DNA of 64,000 bases from Acidimicrobiia bacterium (GTDB lineage: Bacteria > Actinomycetota > Acidimicrobiia > Acidimicrobiales > JANYDT01), in assembly GCA_031423635.1 (NCBI GenBank), contig JANPFX010000086.1:2123-66122 (forward strand), read 5' to 3'. Positions within the stretch are counted from its first letter, which is position 1. Every line of letters starts with the position of its first letter. Both the position numbers and the translations under genes were made by a program. The notes below the pieces were generated by a model. It ran no database searches. It saw only the letters and a program-made list of their open reading frames with translations, and had not been told where the DNA came from. Shown piece by piece: positions 40,334-51,108 of the stretch.

Positions 40334-41490
40334 CGGCCCGGCTCGGTGACTCGCACCGTTCCATCATGGGCGACGACGAGGTCGGCGAGCGCGGCATCGT
40401 CGCCGAAAGCTCCGGGACGGGTGACGAACACGGCACGGTGACGGTTCCCCCAAGCCGCCCCGGGGGCAAGAAGGCCGTGCACAACCATCGGTTCGTCGCC
40501 GAGCAGGGCCGAGGCCGTGTCGCCCCCGAGCACGATGATCGTGGCGTAGCGGCGCTGGGCGATGGCGCGCTGGGCGGCGTCGGCCAGCAGCACGGCCTGG
40601 CGCTGGGCGTCGTCGGCAGGGATGCCCGCCGCCTCCGGGACCGTTGTCGTGAGGCAGTCCACGGGCCGGCCCGGGAGTCTCGCGGTGCGCGTGTCGAGGA
40701 ATGCGAGCTGGCGTCTCGCCGCCGGGTGGAGGCTGCCGCACACGACCAGCACCGGTCCGTCGAGCGGTAGGGAAGGCCGTGCTCGGGCGTCGGTACGACC
40801 GTGTCCGACGAGGCATCGAGCGGCCGCGGCGACGCTCGCCGCCGTTCCGGCGAACACCGCGTTCGGGTGATGGGCCCAGGCGTTGGCCAGCGCGGAGATG
40901 TCGGCGTCGGTCGTCGCGTCGCACACGGCGATCCCGCCGGAAGCGGCCTCGACCCACCGGAGCAGCTCGTCAGCCGAGCGAATCGACGCGACCCCGACGG
41001 CGCCGACTCCTCGCAGATGCACGCCCGGGTCGCTCGACAGGACCGGCTGCCGGGGGTCCAGTCGCATCGGACCTTCCGAGACGGGGACCCCGTGGTCCAT
41101 CACGATCCCGTCGCGGCACGTCCTTCCGGCCGCTGGGAACGCCGGGACGACGATGATCGGCACGCCGTTTCTCCGCTGGGACGCGACGATCTCGGTGGCC
41201 CAGTTGCCCCGCAACGTCGAATCGATCTTGTGCGCTAAACGCGCACCGCCATCGATCGCGTCGACGGCCCGGCCGGCGATGCCCACTCGGTCGGCGGCCT
41301 CCGATCGGTCGAGATGGCGCGACCCGAGATCGAGCACGATCACCGCATCGCGGAGCCGCGACGCCCGCTCGACGCTCTGCCAGGCGATGACGGGAACGCT
41401 CCCGCATCCGAGTTCGGCACAGCCTCCGGCGGTCTCATTCGCGCCGGTGCGGTCGTCGGCCAGGACGACAAGTCTCGGCGCTACGGTCAC
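40330..41490 (-). CDS. Four-carbon acid sugar kinase family (DUF1537)
   Basis: LADDRTGANET, KIDSTLRGN, PAFPAAGRT, VCGSLHP, GGDTA, TRPGAFG. Confidence 0.9.
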   Translation of the reverse strand: MTVAPRLVVLADDRTGANETAGGCAELGCGSVPVIAWQSVERASRLRDAVIVLDLGSRHLDRSEAADRVGIAGRAVDAIDGGARLAHKIDSTLRGNWATEIVASQRRNGVPIIVVPAFPAAGRTCRDGIVMDHGVPVSEGPMRLDPRQPVLSSDPGVHLRGVGAVGVASIRSADELLRWVEAASGGIAVCDATTDADISALANAWAHHPNAVFAGTAASVAAAARCLVGHGRTDARARPSLPLDGPVLVVCGSLHPAARRQLAFLDTRTARLPGRPVDCLTTTVPEAAGIPADDAQRQAVLLADAAQRAIAQRRYATIIVLGGDTASALLGDEPMVVHGLLAPGAAWGNRHRAVFVTRPGAFGDDAALADLVVAHDGTVRVTEPGR

Positions 41491-41616
41491 AACCTGCGGT
41501 CTAGCGCACCGAAGAGGACGCGATGGCGAGGCGGGTTGTTCGGACTACCCGCGCCCGCGAATGCTCGGGTCGTGAGGAACTTCGCGGCGATGCGCGAAGC
41601 GCACCGCAGAAGCGGA

Positions 41617-41976
41617 TCATGCCGCGAGGCTGCGGAGCTCGGGATCGATGAGGTGGATGAGCTCTTCGATCGTCGAAGCGGACCGGCGGACCGCCGTTTC
41701 GGCGTCGCTTGCGCCGATCAGGTTCTTTGCCGCCCGCACGACGCGGCGCTCGAGGATGCGGCGTCGGCTCATGCCGAATCCGATCGTGGGGAGCGCGCTG
41801 GCGACGCCGCTCACCTCGTAGGCGAGGAGAGCCCCGTGCAGGGTGATGAGGTCGGCTCGGATCGCTATCGGCGATTCGTCGGTCAGGAGTTCGAGTTCGG
41901 TCACGACCGTCTCGAGGGCGCGGGCGACCTCGAGGGTTCCGATCGGCGCGTCGACAGTGGGAAGTGTGTTCTGCAT
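41617..41976 (-). CDS. Hypothetical helical protein
   Basis: 119-aa ORF with protein-like composition and no recognised motif. Confidence 0.6.
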   Translation of the reverse strand: MQNTLPTVDAPIGTLEVARALETVVTELELLTDESPIAIRADLITLHGALLAYEVSGVASALPTIGFGMSRRRILERRVVRAAKNLIGASDAETAVRRSASTIEELIHLIDPELRSLAA

Positions 41977-42200
41977 GTACTCATGGTGACGGGAGGTTGT
42001 GAACGTCAGATGACGAGGAAGGGCTTCTGACCGATGTCACGCGAGCCAAACGTCACTCGACCGGTCAGCGAACGTGGCGCTCGTCACCGTTCGGTCACCC
42101 CGTGTGCGATATCGGCGGTCGGCCCACCCGGGGTGGTCTCCGTCGAGAAATTGCTCGTGGTGAAAGGAATGTCAACGAAGGACACACCTAGGGTGTCGCG

Positions 42201-45092
42201 GTGGCGTCTACCGGGGAGCAGTGGAGGCTCGAGATCGACAGCCTCGACTCCGTTGCACAGGCCCTCCGCCTCGCCGAGCGGGCTCGCACGCTGCTCGGAC
42301 CGGTGGCCGAAAGCGTTCGCTCGATCGGGGCCACGGCGCTCTACTTCGTCGCCGGGCCGCTGGACGAGGCGGGGCGGAAGCTGATCGGCGATGCCGTCGT
42401 CGATCCTGCGACCCAGCAGGGCACGTGGGCGAATGTCGGCGAAGGCGCCGGTACGGGACGGCGCGATGGCCGGCCGTACGTGGAGGTCGCCCTTCGCCCA
42501 GGCGTCACGGATCCGGTCGGTGACGCGTTCTCGCATGCGGCCGCGGTGCTCGGCGTCCGCGGGATGACGGCAAGGTCGGGAACCCGCTACCGCTTCGACG
42601 CCGATGTCGACCGTCACGTGGTCGAGCTCGTTGCCGGAACCCTGCTCCACAACGACATCGTCGACGAGGTCTCGTTCGACTCGGCGATCCTCGCCCGGTT
42701 CATCGGTCCGTCGGGCAACGACGCGGTCGAGGTCGTGCCGGTCCGCGACCTGTCCGACGACGAACTGGCCGCGCTTTCTCGGGAACGTGGTCTAGCGCTC
42801 GATCCTGCCGAGCTCGTGGCGGTCCGCGACTTCTTCGTCTCGATCGGCCGGGATCCCACGGACGCCGAGATCGAGACGATCGCGCAGACCTGGAGCGAGC
42901 ACTGCTCGCACAAGACCTTTCGCGCTCGGATCACCTGGGACGATGGAACGGAGGTCGAGCCGTTGCTCAGACAATTGCGCCGCTCGACCGACGAGATCGC
43001 CGCTCCATGGGTCCGATCGGCCTTTGTCGACAATGCCGGGATCATCGCGTTCGACCCGTCCTACGACATCGCCGTCAAGGTCGAGACGCACAATCACCCT
43101 TCCGCCGTGGAACCGTTCGGTGGTGCGAACACCGGCGTTGGTGGAGTCATCCGCGACGTTCTTGGCGTCGCCGCCGACCCGATCGCCGTGACCGACATCC
43201 TCTGCTTCGGTCCGATGGACACACCGATCGATTCCCTGCCGGTCGGCGTGCTTCATCCGCAACGCATTCGCGACGGGGTGGTCGCGGGAATTGCCGACTA
43301 CGGAAACAAGATGGGAATTCCCACCGTTGCCGGTGCGGTCGCCCACCAACAAGGCTTCACCTCGAACCCACTCGTGTTCGCCGGATGCATCGGTCTCCGG
43401 CCGGCCGACCTCGTCCTCAGCGGCCAGGAACCGGGCGATCGCATCGTCGTGCTGGGCGGGGCCACCGGGCGCGATGGCATCCGGGGCGCTACGTTCTCCT
43501 CCGCGACGATGGACGCCACGACCGGCGACGTGGCCGGCGCCAGCGTGCAGATCGGCGATCCGATCACCGAAAAGCTGGTCGCCGATGTTTTGGTCGACGC
43601 CCGTGACCTCGGGCTCTTCACGGCCATCACCGATTGCGGTGCCGGTGGGTTCTCGTCGGCGATCGGGGAACTGGCGGCGATCCTCGGTGCCGACGTGGAG
43701 TTGCGAGCCGCACCGCGGAAGTACCCGGGGCTTGCCCCCTGGGAGCTGTGGCTCTCCGAAGCCCAAGAGCGCATGGTGCTGGCGGTTCGACCGGGCAACG
43801 TCGAAGCCCTTTCGACGATCTGCCGGGAACACGGTGTGTCGATCGCCGATCTCGGTTCGTTCCGTGACGACGGGCAACTCGTCGTTCGTTGTGATGGCCG
43901 GGTGATCGTCGATCTGCCGGGCGAATTCCTCCACGAAGGTCGTCCGACCCGCGAGCTCCGGGCCGAGCATCCCCGGCCGCCGACATCGCACGATCGCCGC
44001 GACCCGTCACAGATCCTCGACAACGCCGGCCGGCTGATGCTCTCGGTGCTGTCGCACCCGGACGTCCGGTCCAATGAGGACATCGTGCGCGGTTTCGACC
44101 ACGAGATCCTCGGCGCAACCGTCGGCCGGCCCTACTTGGGAGTCGAAGACGACGGACCCGCCGATGCGGCGGTGATTGCTCCGCTCCAAGCGGTCTCCGG
44201 ACGCGGGCTGGCCATCGGCATCGGTATGAACTGCCGTACCGGTGTCATCGACGCCCGCCGGATGGCCGAAGCAGCGGTCGACGAAGCAGTGCGCAACGTT
44301 GTTGCCGTCGGGGCCGATCCGGCACAGATCTCGCTCCTCGACAACTTCTCATGGGGCGATCCACGTCGTCCGGAGATGCTCGGCCGCCTCGTCGACGCGG
44401 TCGCCGGATGCTGTCATTCGGCGAATGCCTTCGGGGCGCCGTTCGTGTCCGGAAAGGACTCGCTCAACAACGAATACGTTGCCGTCGACGGCAGCAGACG
44501 TTCGATTCCCCCGACGCTCGTGATCACCGCGATCGGCATCCTCCCGGATGCCGACCGGATCGTCACGAGCGATGCGAAAGGCCCGGAGAACGTGTTGGTC
44601 CTCGTCGGCGCCACTCGGGCGGAGTTGCGGGGGAGTGTGCTCGATGCCGTGCTCGGCATCGATGGCGGTGGCGAGGTCCCCGGTGGTGACGTCGGCTCTC
44701 CCGACCGAATGCAGACGATCCACAAGGCGATCGTCGATGGTCTGGTGCAGTCGGCGCACGATGTGGGCGATGGCGGTCTCGTCGTGGCGGTGGCCGAGAT
44801 GGCGATGGGAGGCCGTCTCGGGGTCTGGGTGACGCTCGGAACGGATCTCACGCCCCCGGGAAACGCGGTCGATGCCCTGTTCAGCGAATCCAGCGGCCGC
44901 ATGCTGCTCGAGGTCGTACCTGAACATGTCGAGGAGTTGTGCTCGAGGACCGGCGGGGCGGTCATCGGGTACTTCACCGACGAGACGAGGATCGTGTGGA
45001 ACGTCGATGATCGCGTCGTGATCGACGTTGCGCTCGACGAGTCGCTCCATGCATGGCGTGGCCATGTGGGCGAACGGGGCGCATCATCGTGA
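42201..45092 (+). CDS. purL: Phosphoribosylformylglycinamidine synthase subunit PurL with fused N-terminal PurS-like region
   Basis: QTWSEHCSHKTF, KVETHNHPSAVEPFGGANTGVGG, DCGAGG, SEAQERM, SGKDSLNNE, HDVGDGG; N-terminal VEVALRPGVTDPVG; TAGGGT 6 nt before the GTG. Confidence 0.95.
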   Translation: MASTGEQWRLEIDSLDSVAQALRLAERARTLLGPVAESVRSIGATALYFVAGPLDEAGRKLIGDAVVDPATQQGTWANVGEGAGTGRRDGRPYVEVALRPGVTDPVGDAFSHAAAVLGVRGMTARSGTRYRFDADVDRHVVELVAGTLLHNDIVDEVSFDSAILARFIGPSGNDAVEVVPVRDLSDDELAALSRERGLALDPAELVAVRDFFVSIGRDPTDAEIETIAQTWSEHCSHKTFRARITWDDGTEVEPLLRQLRRSTDEIAAPWVRSAFVDNAGIIAFDPSYDIAVKVETHNHPSAVEPFGGANTGVGGVIRDVLGVAADPIAVTDILCFGPMDTPIDSLPVGVLHPQRIRDGVVAGIADYGNKMGIPTVAGAVAHQQGFTSNPLVFAGCIGLRPADLVLSGQEPGDRIVVLGGATGRDGIRGATFSSATMDATTGDVAGASVQIGDPITEKLVADVLVDARDLGLFTAITDCGAGGFSSAIGELAAILGADVELRAAPRKYPGLAPWELWLSEAQERMVLAVRPGNVEALSTICREHGVSIADLGSFRDDGQLVVRCDGRVIVDLPGEFLHEGRPTRELRAEHPRPPTSHDRRDPSQILDNAGRLMLSVLSHPDVRSNEDIVRGFDHEILGATVGRPYLGVEDDGPADAAVIAPLQAVSGRGLAIGIGMNCRTGVIDARRMAEAAVDEAVRNVVAVGADPAQISLLDNFSWGDPRRPEMLGRLVDAVAGCCHSANAFGAPFVSGKDSLNNEYVAVDGSRRSIPPTLVITAIGILPDADRIVTSDAKGPENVLVLVGATRAELRGSVLDAVLGIDGGGEVPGGDVGSPDRMQTIHKAIVDGLVQSAHDVGDGGLVVAVAEMAMGGRLGVWVTLGTDLTPPGNAVDALFSESSGRMLLEVVPEHVEELCSRTGGAVIGYFTDETRIVWNVDDRVVIDVALDESLHAWRGHVGERGASS

Positions 45093-45802
45093 CCCGACCG
45101 CGAGCGCTCGTCGTCTCCGCGCCGGGAACGAATCGCGACAACGATGTGGCGTACGCGCTGTCGCTCGCCGGTGCCGAACCGGTTCGGACGCCGCTGCACG
45201 TGCTCGTCCGCCGTCCCCAGCGGCTTCTCGACGCGCAGATGGTCGTGTTCGCCGGTGGATTCTCCTATGCCGATGCTCTCGGGGCCGGCGCTCTGGCCGG
45301 ACTCCAAGTCGAACGTTCGCTCTCCGACGAGCTGCGCGCGTTCGTCGCGTCGGGCCGTCCCGTGCTCGGGATCTGCAACGGATTCCAGATCCTTGTCCGG
45401 GCCGGCCTACTCCCGGGGTCGCTGGTGCACAACAATGACGGCCGATTCGTGTGCCGCTGGGTAACGCTCGAACCGGTTGCGGAGACGCAGTGCGTTTGGA
45501 CGAAGGGGATCGAGGACCCGATCGATTGCCCTGTTGCCCACGGCGAGGGTCGTTACCTCGCCAGCGCCGATATCATAGGTGCACATACCGTTCTTCGCTA
45601 TGCCGACGGCACGAACCCGAACGGCTCGATGCTCGACACTGCCGGCGTCACCGACGCAACCGGAATGGTGCTCGGCATGATGCCTCACCCCGAGAACCAC
45701 GTGATCGACCGACAGCACCCGCGTTGGCACCGGGGCGAGCACCGAAATCTCGCGCGCCAGCTGTTCGATTCCGGCGTTGCGCACGTCAAGGCCACCGGAT
45801 GA
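45089..45802 (+). CDS. purQ: FGAM synthase glutaminase subunit PurQ
   Basis: PGTNRD, GGFSYAD, GICNGFQIL, AHGEGR, GMMPHPE. Confidence 0.95.
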   Translation: MTRPRALVVSAPGTNRDNDVAYALSLAGAEPVRTPLHVLVRRPQRLLDAQMVVFAGGFSYADALGAGALAGLQVERSLSDELRAFVASGRPVLGICNGFQILVRAGLLPGSLVHNNDGRFVCRWVTLEPVAETQCVWTKGIEDPIDCPVAHGEGRYLASADIIGAHTVLRYADGTNPNGSMLDTAGVTDATGMVLGMMPHPENHVIDRQHPRWHRGEHRNLARQLFDSGVAHVKATG

Positions 45803-46791
45803 ACATGACGACCGGCGGCGATGACGTGGATCTCGATCTCGCGATGGTCGACCTGCTCGAGGAGATCGATCTTCCGCTCTCCGGACGACGTGAGGGGAAG
45901 GTCAGGATCGGGTGGGATCTCCCGGCTGACCGGCTGCTCTTTGTGACGACGGATCGTTTGTCCGCCTTCGATCGTGTGCTGGGCTGCGTCCCTGGTAAGG
46001 GTCAGGTCCTCAACCGGTTGGCGTGGTGGTGGTTCGACGAGCTCGGCGACATCGTCCCGAACCATGCCCTGTCCATTCCCGATCCGAACGTGCTCGTCGC
46101 CCGGCGAGCGTCGCCGCTCCCGGTCGAGGTGATCGTGCGCGGGGCGATCACTGGAGTCACCACCACCTCGCTGTGGATGCGATACCGCGACGGTCAGCGG
46201 AGCATCGACGGCCATCAGCTGCCGGACGGGCTCAGCAAGAACGATCTGCTCACCGAACCCATCATCACGCCGACGACGAAAGCCGCCGCTGGGGGGCATG
46301 ACGAGCCTCTGAGCGTGAGCGCGGTCGTTGAGCGCAGACTGGTCGAAGAGACGCTGTGGTCCGACGTTTGCGATGCGGCCCTGGCGCTTTTCACGCGGGG
46401 AACCGAGGTGGCGCGAGCAGCCGGCCTGGTCCTGGCCGACACGAAGTACGAGTTCGGCATCGATGCCGACGGACAGCTACTGCTCATCGACGAGGTCCAC
46501 ACCCCGGACTCGTCGCGGTTCTGGAATGCCTCGACCCATGAGGAGCGGCTGAGTGCCGGCGCCGAGCCGGAGAGCTTCGACAAGGAGATCATCCGCTGCG
46601 CATATGCCGAGCGGGGGTACCGGGGCGACGGCACTCCTCCCGTGCTCCCGTGGAGCGTGTGGGACGACCTTGCGCTGGCGTACCGCACGGTGTTCGAGCG
46701 GCTCACCGGTGAACCTGTCGTGCTCACGCAGGAGCCCATTGCTCAGCGAATAGTTCGTGCGCTTACTTCTACAGGATTGATCGGGACCTAG
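45799..46791 (+). CDS. purC: SAICAR synthetase
   Basis: [45 protein letters not shown]. Confidence 0.95.
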   Translation: MNMTTGGDDVDLDLAMVDLLEEIDLPLSGRREGKVRIGWDLPADRLLFVTTDRLSAFDRVLGCVPGKGQVLNRLAWWWFDELGDIVPNHALSIPDPNVLVARRASPLPVEVIVRGAITGVTTTSLWMRYRDGQRSIDGHQLPDGLSKNDLLTEPIITPTTKAAAGGHDEPLSVSAVVERRLVEETLWSDVCDAALALFTRGTEVARAAGLVLADTKYEFGIDADGQLLLIDEVHTPDSSRFWNASTHEERLSAGAEPESFDKEIIRCAYAERGYRGDGTPPVLPWSVWDDLALAYRTVFERLTGEPVVLTQEPIAQRIVRALTSTGLIGT

Positions 46792-46796
46792 CTGCG

Positions 46797-48200
46797 ATGT
46801 GCGGAATCCTCGGAGTCACCCTCCCATCGTCGGCCGATGACCACGAGGCCGCCCGGCTCTCGTTCTTCGGTCTGTTCGCTCTCCAACACCGTGGGCAGGA
46901 GGGCGCCGGTCTGGCGACCGCGGACGGCACTGGTGCGCGTATCCACAAGGACACCGGACTGGTGACCCAACTCCTCACCGAGGAACGGCTACGTCAGCTT
47001 CCCGGACACCACGCGATCGCCCACACGAGATATTCGACGACCGGATCGTCCGTCGTGCGCAACGCTCAGCCTTTCCTGGTGGAGACGAGGCACGGTCCCC
47101 TCGGCATCGTCCACAACGGCAACCTCGTCAACGCCGCCGAGTTGCGCGATGAGCTCCTGGCGAAGGGCTTCCCGCTCGCCGCCACCTCCGACACCGAGGT
47201 GATGGTGCTGATGCTGGCAAGTGCCGGCGGGAGCTCGTGGGAGGAACGGATCGAGCGGACCATGCCGGCGTGGAAGGGCGCGTACTCGCTCGTCGTACTC
47301 GCCTCCGACCGCATCGTCGCCGTGCGCGACCCGTGGGGGTTCCGTCCCCTCTCGATCGGTCGGCTCCCGAACGGCGGCTGGGCCGCGGCATCAGAGACCA
47401 GCGCCCTGGCCACGCTGGGTTGCAGCGAGGTGCGAGAGGTCGAGCCCGGCGAGATCGTCACGCTGTCCGGCGACTCCGCCTCCGGGCGCCGCACCCTCTT
47501 CGGTTCGCCGTCGCTCGCCCGCTGCACGTTCGAGCACGTGTACTTCTCCCGGCCGGACAGCGTGTGGGACGGCACCAGCGTGCATCACGTCCGTCAGCGG
47601 CTGGGCGAGCTCCTGGCCGAGGAGGCACCGGTCGGCGCCGACGTCGTCGTGCCGGTTCCCGACTCATCGATCCCGGCGGCCATCGGGTTCTCGCAACGTT
47701 CGGGGATCTCCTTCAACGACGGCTTCATCAAGAACCGCTACATCGGCCGCACCTTCATCGAGCCGACACAGGCCATGCGTGAGCACGGCGTGGCGATGAA
47801 GTTCAACGTGCTGCGCGAGAACCTCGAGGGTCGCCGTGTGGTGATGATCGACGACTCGATCGTTCGCGGCACCACTGCTGGTCCGCTCGTCCGAATGCTG
47901 CGAGACGCCGGCGCCACCGAGGTGCACGTGCGGGTCACCTGCCCGCCGATCACCCATCCGTGCCACATGGGACTTGATATGGGTACCTACGATGAGCTGA
48001 TCTCGCATCGCCTCGACGTCGAGGGACTCCGGTCGCACATCGGCGCCGATTCGCTGGCTTTCCTCTCGCTGCCTTCGATGATGAAGGCCATTGGTCGAAC
48101 CGATGGCTACTGCAACGCGTGTTTCACCGGTGAGTACCCGATTCCTGTACCCGTGACATTCGGCCGCACGAAGAACAACTTCGAGGGAGTCCTCCGATGA
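46797..48200 (+). CDS. purF: Amidophosphoribosyltransferase
   Basis: [35 protein letters not shown], Cys motifs CTFE, PCHMG, CNAC. Confidence 0.97.
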   Translation: MCGILGVTLPSSADDHEAARLSFFGLFALQHRGQEGAGLATADGTGARIHKDTGLVTQLLTEERLRQLPGHHAIAHTRYSTTGSSVVRNAQPFLVETRHGPLGIVHNGNLVNAAELRDELLAKGFPLAATSDTEVMVLMLASAGGSSWEERIERTMPAWKGAYSLVVLASDRIVAVRDPWGFRPLSIGRLPNGGWAAASETSALATLGCSEVREVEPGEIVTLSGDSASGRRTLFGSPSLARCTFEHVYFSRPDSVWDGTSVHHVRQRLGELLAEEAPVGADVVVPVPDSSIPAAIGFSQRSGISFNDGFIKNRYIGRTFIEPTQAMREHGVAMKFNVLRENLEGRRVVMIDDSIVRGTTAGPLVRMLRDAGATEVHVRVTCPPITHPCHMGLDMGTYDELISHRLDVEGLRSHIGADSLAFLSLPSMMKAIGRTDGYCNACFTGEYPIPVPVTFGRTKNNFEGVLR

Positions 48201-50515
48201 GCTCGGAGCCGGTGAATGTCCTGGTGCTCGGATCGGGTGGACGGGAGCACGCGATCGCGTGGGCGGTGGCGAAGTCACCTCGATGCGGCGAACTGGTGGT
48301 AGCTCCCGGGAACGCCGGCATCGCGGCCCGTTGCGAGCCGGTGAGGGTCGACGATCCGGAGGAGGTTTGCGCGCTGGCGCGGCATCTGCGTACGGACCTG
48401 GTGATCATCGGTCCGGATGCGGCGGTGGCCGCCGGCGTTGCTGACGCGCTCATGGCCGAGGGCATCGCGGTGTTCGGGGCGACAAAGGCCGCGGGAGAAC
48501 TCGAGTGGTCGAAATCGGCGTCGCGTGCGTTCTGTGAGCGTCACGGCATCGCCGTGCCGAGGAGCCGTTCGTTCGTCGCCGACGACCTCGACGAGGCGAT
48601 CGCGTTCGTGCGGGGCGAGGACGCCGCAATGGTGGTCAAGGCCGACGGTCTCGCCGCCGGCAAGGGCGTCGTGGTCGCCGAGACTGTCGAAGAGGCGGTC
48701 GACGCAGTGCACGCCATGTTGACGGACCTGGCATTCGGTGCCGCCGGCTCGACCGTGCTCATCGAGGAACGACTCGTCGGTGAGGAGATCTCGCTCCTCG
48801 CGTTCTGCGACGGCATCCGCGCTGTGCCGATGCCACCTGCCCAGGACCACAAGCGTCTCCTCGAAGGCGACCGCGGTCCGAACACCGGGGGCATGGGCGC
48901 GTATGCCCCGGCGCCGGTCTGTCCTCCGTCGCTCGTGTCCGAACTGACCGAACTGATCCTGCAGCGTGCCGTCGACGGATGTGCGGAAGAAGGCCGTCCC
49001 TATCGAGGCGTGCTCTACGCCGGCCTCATGCTCACCGCGGACGGACCGCGTCTGCTCGAGTTCAACTGCCGCTTCGGTGATCCCGAGGCCCAGGCGATCC
49101 TGCCGCTGCTCGATGGCGATCTCATCGAGATCGCCATGGCCTGTGCGTCGGGAACGCTTGACGACACGATGGTGAACTGGCATGACCGAACTGCATGTGC
49201 AGTCGTCGTCGCGGCGCCCGGGTATCCCGGTACGGTTCAGATGGGTGGACACGTCGTCGACGGGTCATTTCCGGACGACTTGGTGTTCTGGGCGGGCGTC
49301 GCCGGTTCGCACGAGGCGGGCGCAGTTCATGCGGACTCACTCGTCGTCAGCGCCGGACGGGTCGCGGCAGCGGTCGGCGTCGGCGCCGGTATCCGAGAGG
49401 CCCGCGAGGCGTCGTATGCCGCAGCCGAGCGGATCGCCCTTGCCGGCCGTCAGATGCGTCGCGACATCGGTTGGCGCGCCGTCGCCCGAAGCACGGGTGG
49501 GTACTCGGCGTCCGGGGTCGACATCGATGAGGGAAACCGGGCCGTCGACTTGCTGAAGGCGTCGGTGTCGGCCACTCACGGGCCGGCCGTGCTCGCCGGC
49601 GTGGGCGGCTTCGCCGGGGTGTTCGACATCTCGGCGCTGAAGTCGATGGAGCACCCGGTGCTCGTCGCCTCGACCGACGGCGTGGGCACGAAGGTTGCGC
49701 TGGCGGCACAGGCCGGTCGATTGCGTGGCGTCGGCATCGACCTCGTGAACCACTGCGTGAACGACGTGCTGGTGCAGAACGCCCGGCCGCTGTTCTTCCT
49801 CGACTACATCGCGGCATCCAAGATCGTCGCCGAACAGGTCGCCGACATCGTCTCCGGCATGGCCGAGGCGTGCTCGCTGAACGGATGTGCGCTTCTCGGC
49901 GGCGAGACAGCGGAGATGCCCGGCGTGTACCACGAGGGACACGTGGATGTCGCCGGAACACTCGTCGGGCTCGCCGAGCGTGCCTCGTTGCTTCCGCTCC
50001 CGACCATCGTGGCCGGTGATGTCCTGCTCGGCCTGGAGTCGAGCGGACCGCACACGAGCGGGTACTCGCTGTTGCGCCGCATGTTCGCGGCGATTCCGCT
50101 CGACGCGATGCCCGCGCCGCTGCGCGTGCAGATCGGTGATGCACTGCTCGAACCGCATCGTTCCTACCTTCCGGTGCTCGCCCCGCTGCTCGACAGTCCG
50201 GTCGGCCACACCGTGAAGGCACTGGTCCACATCACCGGCGGCGGTCTGCAGGAGAACATCCCGCGTGTGCTGCCCGACGGTCTCGGTGTCGACGTCGAGC
50301 TCGGTTCGTGGCCGCTTCCTCCTCTCTTCGAGCTCGTCCGCGAGGTGAGCGGTCTGGATGCGGAGGAACTCCATCGGACGCTCAACATGGGGATCGGAAT
50401 GATCATCATCTGCGCACATAGCGATGTTGAGCGGCTCCGTGACGCTCTGGCTGAGGACGTGTGGGAAATCGGTAGGGTCGTCGCCGAACACGCTGGGGAG
50501 GTTGTTCTCCGATGA
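48197..50515 (+). CDS. purD-purM: Fused GAR synthetase / AIR synthetase (PurD-PurM)
   Basis: GSGGREHA, KADGLAAGKGV, QDHKRL...NTGGMGAY, EFNCRFGDPE, then in frame YSASGVDI, STDGVGTK, GGETAEMPG, HITGGG, NMGIGM. Confidence 0.95.
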   Translation: MSSEPVNVLVLGSGGREHAIAWAVAKSPRCGELVVAPGNAGIAARCEPVRVDDPEEVCALARHLRTDLVIIGPDAAVAAGVADALMAEGIAVFGATKAAGELEWSKSASRAFCERHGIAVPRSRSFVADDLDEAIAFVRGEDAAMVVKADGLAAGKGVVVAETVEEAVDAVHAMLTDLAFGAAGSTVLIEERLVGEEISLLAFCDGIRAVPMPPAQDHKRLLEGDRGPNTGGMGAYAPAPVCPPSLVSELTELILQRAVDGCAEEGRPYRGVLYAGLMLTADGPRLLEFNCRFGDPEAQAILPLLDGDLIEIAMACASGTLDDTMVNWHDRTACAVVVAAPGYPGTVQMGGHVVDGSFPDDLVFWAGVAGSHEAGAVHADSLVVSAGRVAAAVGVGAGIREAREASYAAAERIALAGRQMRRDIGWRAVARSTGGYSASGVDIDEGNRAVDLLKASVSATHGPAVLAGVGGFAGVFDISALKSMEHPVLVASTDGVGTKVALAAQAGRLRGVGIDLVNHCVNDVLVQNARPLFFLDYIAASKIVAEQVADIVSGMAEACSLNGCALLGGETAEMPGVYHEGHVDVAGTLVGLAERASLLPLPTIVAGDVLLGLESSGPHTSGYSLLRRMFAAIPLDAMPAPLRVQIGDALLEPHRSYLPVLAPLLDSPVGHTVKALVHITGGGLQENIPRVLPDGLGVDVELGSWPLPPLFELVREVSGLDAEELHRTLNMGIGMIIICAHSDVERLRDALAEDVWEIGRVVAEHAGEVVLR

Positions 50516-51108
50516 GGCTGGCCGTGATCGCTTCGGGCAGCGGATCGAACCTGCAGGCCATCCTCGACGCATGCGCTTCGCAAGCGCTCGACGCGACGGT
50601 GGTGGCTGTCGTCTCTGATCGTCCGGAGGCGCAGGCTCTGGTACGTGCCCGCGAGGCAGGAGTGCCCGTGGTGGCAGTGCATCCTCGTCGTCCTCGGGAA
50701 AGATTCGACCGCCGGGACTGGGACGCATCGCTGGCCGAGATCGTGTCCTCCACCTCGCCCGATTGGGTGGTGCTCGCCGGATTCATGCGTGTGCTCACGA
50801 GTGCCTTCCTCGACCGCTTCCCGGGCCGAGTGATCAATCTGCATCCGGCCCGTCCGGGTGAACTGGCGGGTGTGAATGCCATCGCCCGGGCCTTCGACGA
50901 ATTCCGGGCGGGTCGACGATCGTCGACCGGTGTGATGGTCCACCTGGTGCCCGACGAAGGGGTCGACGACGGACCGGTGTTGGCTGTCGAGGATGTCCCG
51001 ATCTTCGCGTCTGACACCGTCGAGACGCTCGCTGCCCGCATGCACGCAGTCGAACACCGGTTGCTCATCAGCACGCTCACCCACCTACCCCGGGAGGTTC
51101 ATTCATGA
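50512..51108 (+). CDS. purN: Phosphoribosylglycinamide formyltransferase
   Basis: [35 protein letters not shown]. Confidence 0.95.
   Translation: MRLAVIASGSGSNLQAILDACASQALDATVVAVVSDRPEAQALVRAREAGVPVVAVHPRRPRERFDRRDWDASLAEIVSSTSPDWVVLAGFMRVLTSAFLDRFPGRVINLHPARPGELAGVNAIARAFDEFRAGRRSSTGVMVHLVPDEGVDDGPVLAVEDVPIFASDTVETLAARMHAVEHRLLISTLTHLPREVHS

Noticed and set aside
41977-42200. Purine, ZTP or PRPP riboswitch upstream of purL
   Set aside because: No consensus recognised, and a TAGGGT -10 six nt before the GTG suggests a leaderless transcript with no room for one.
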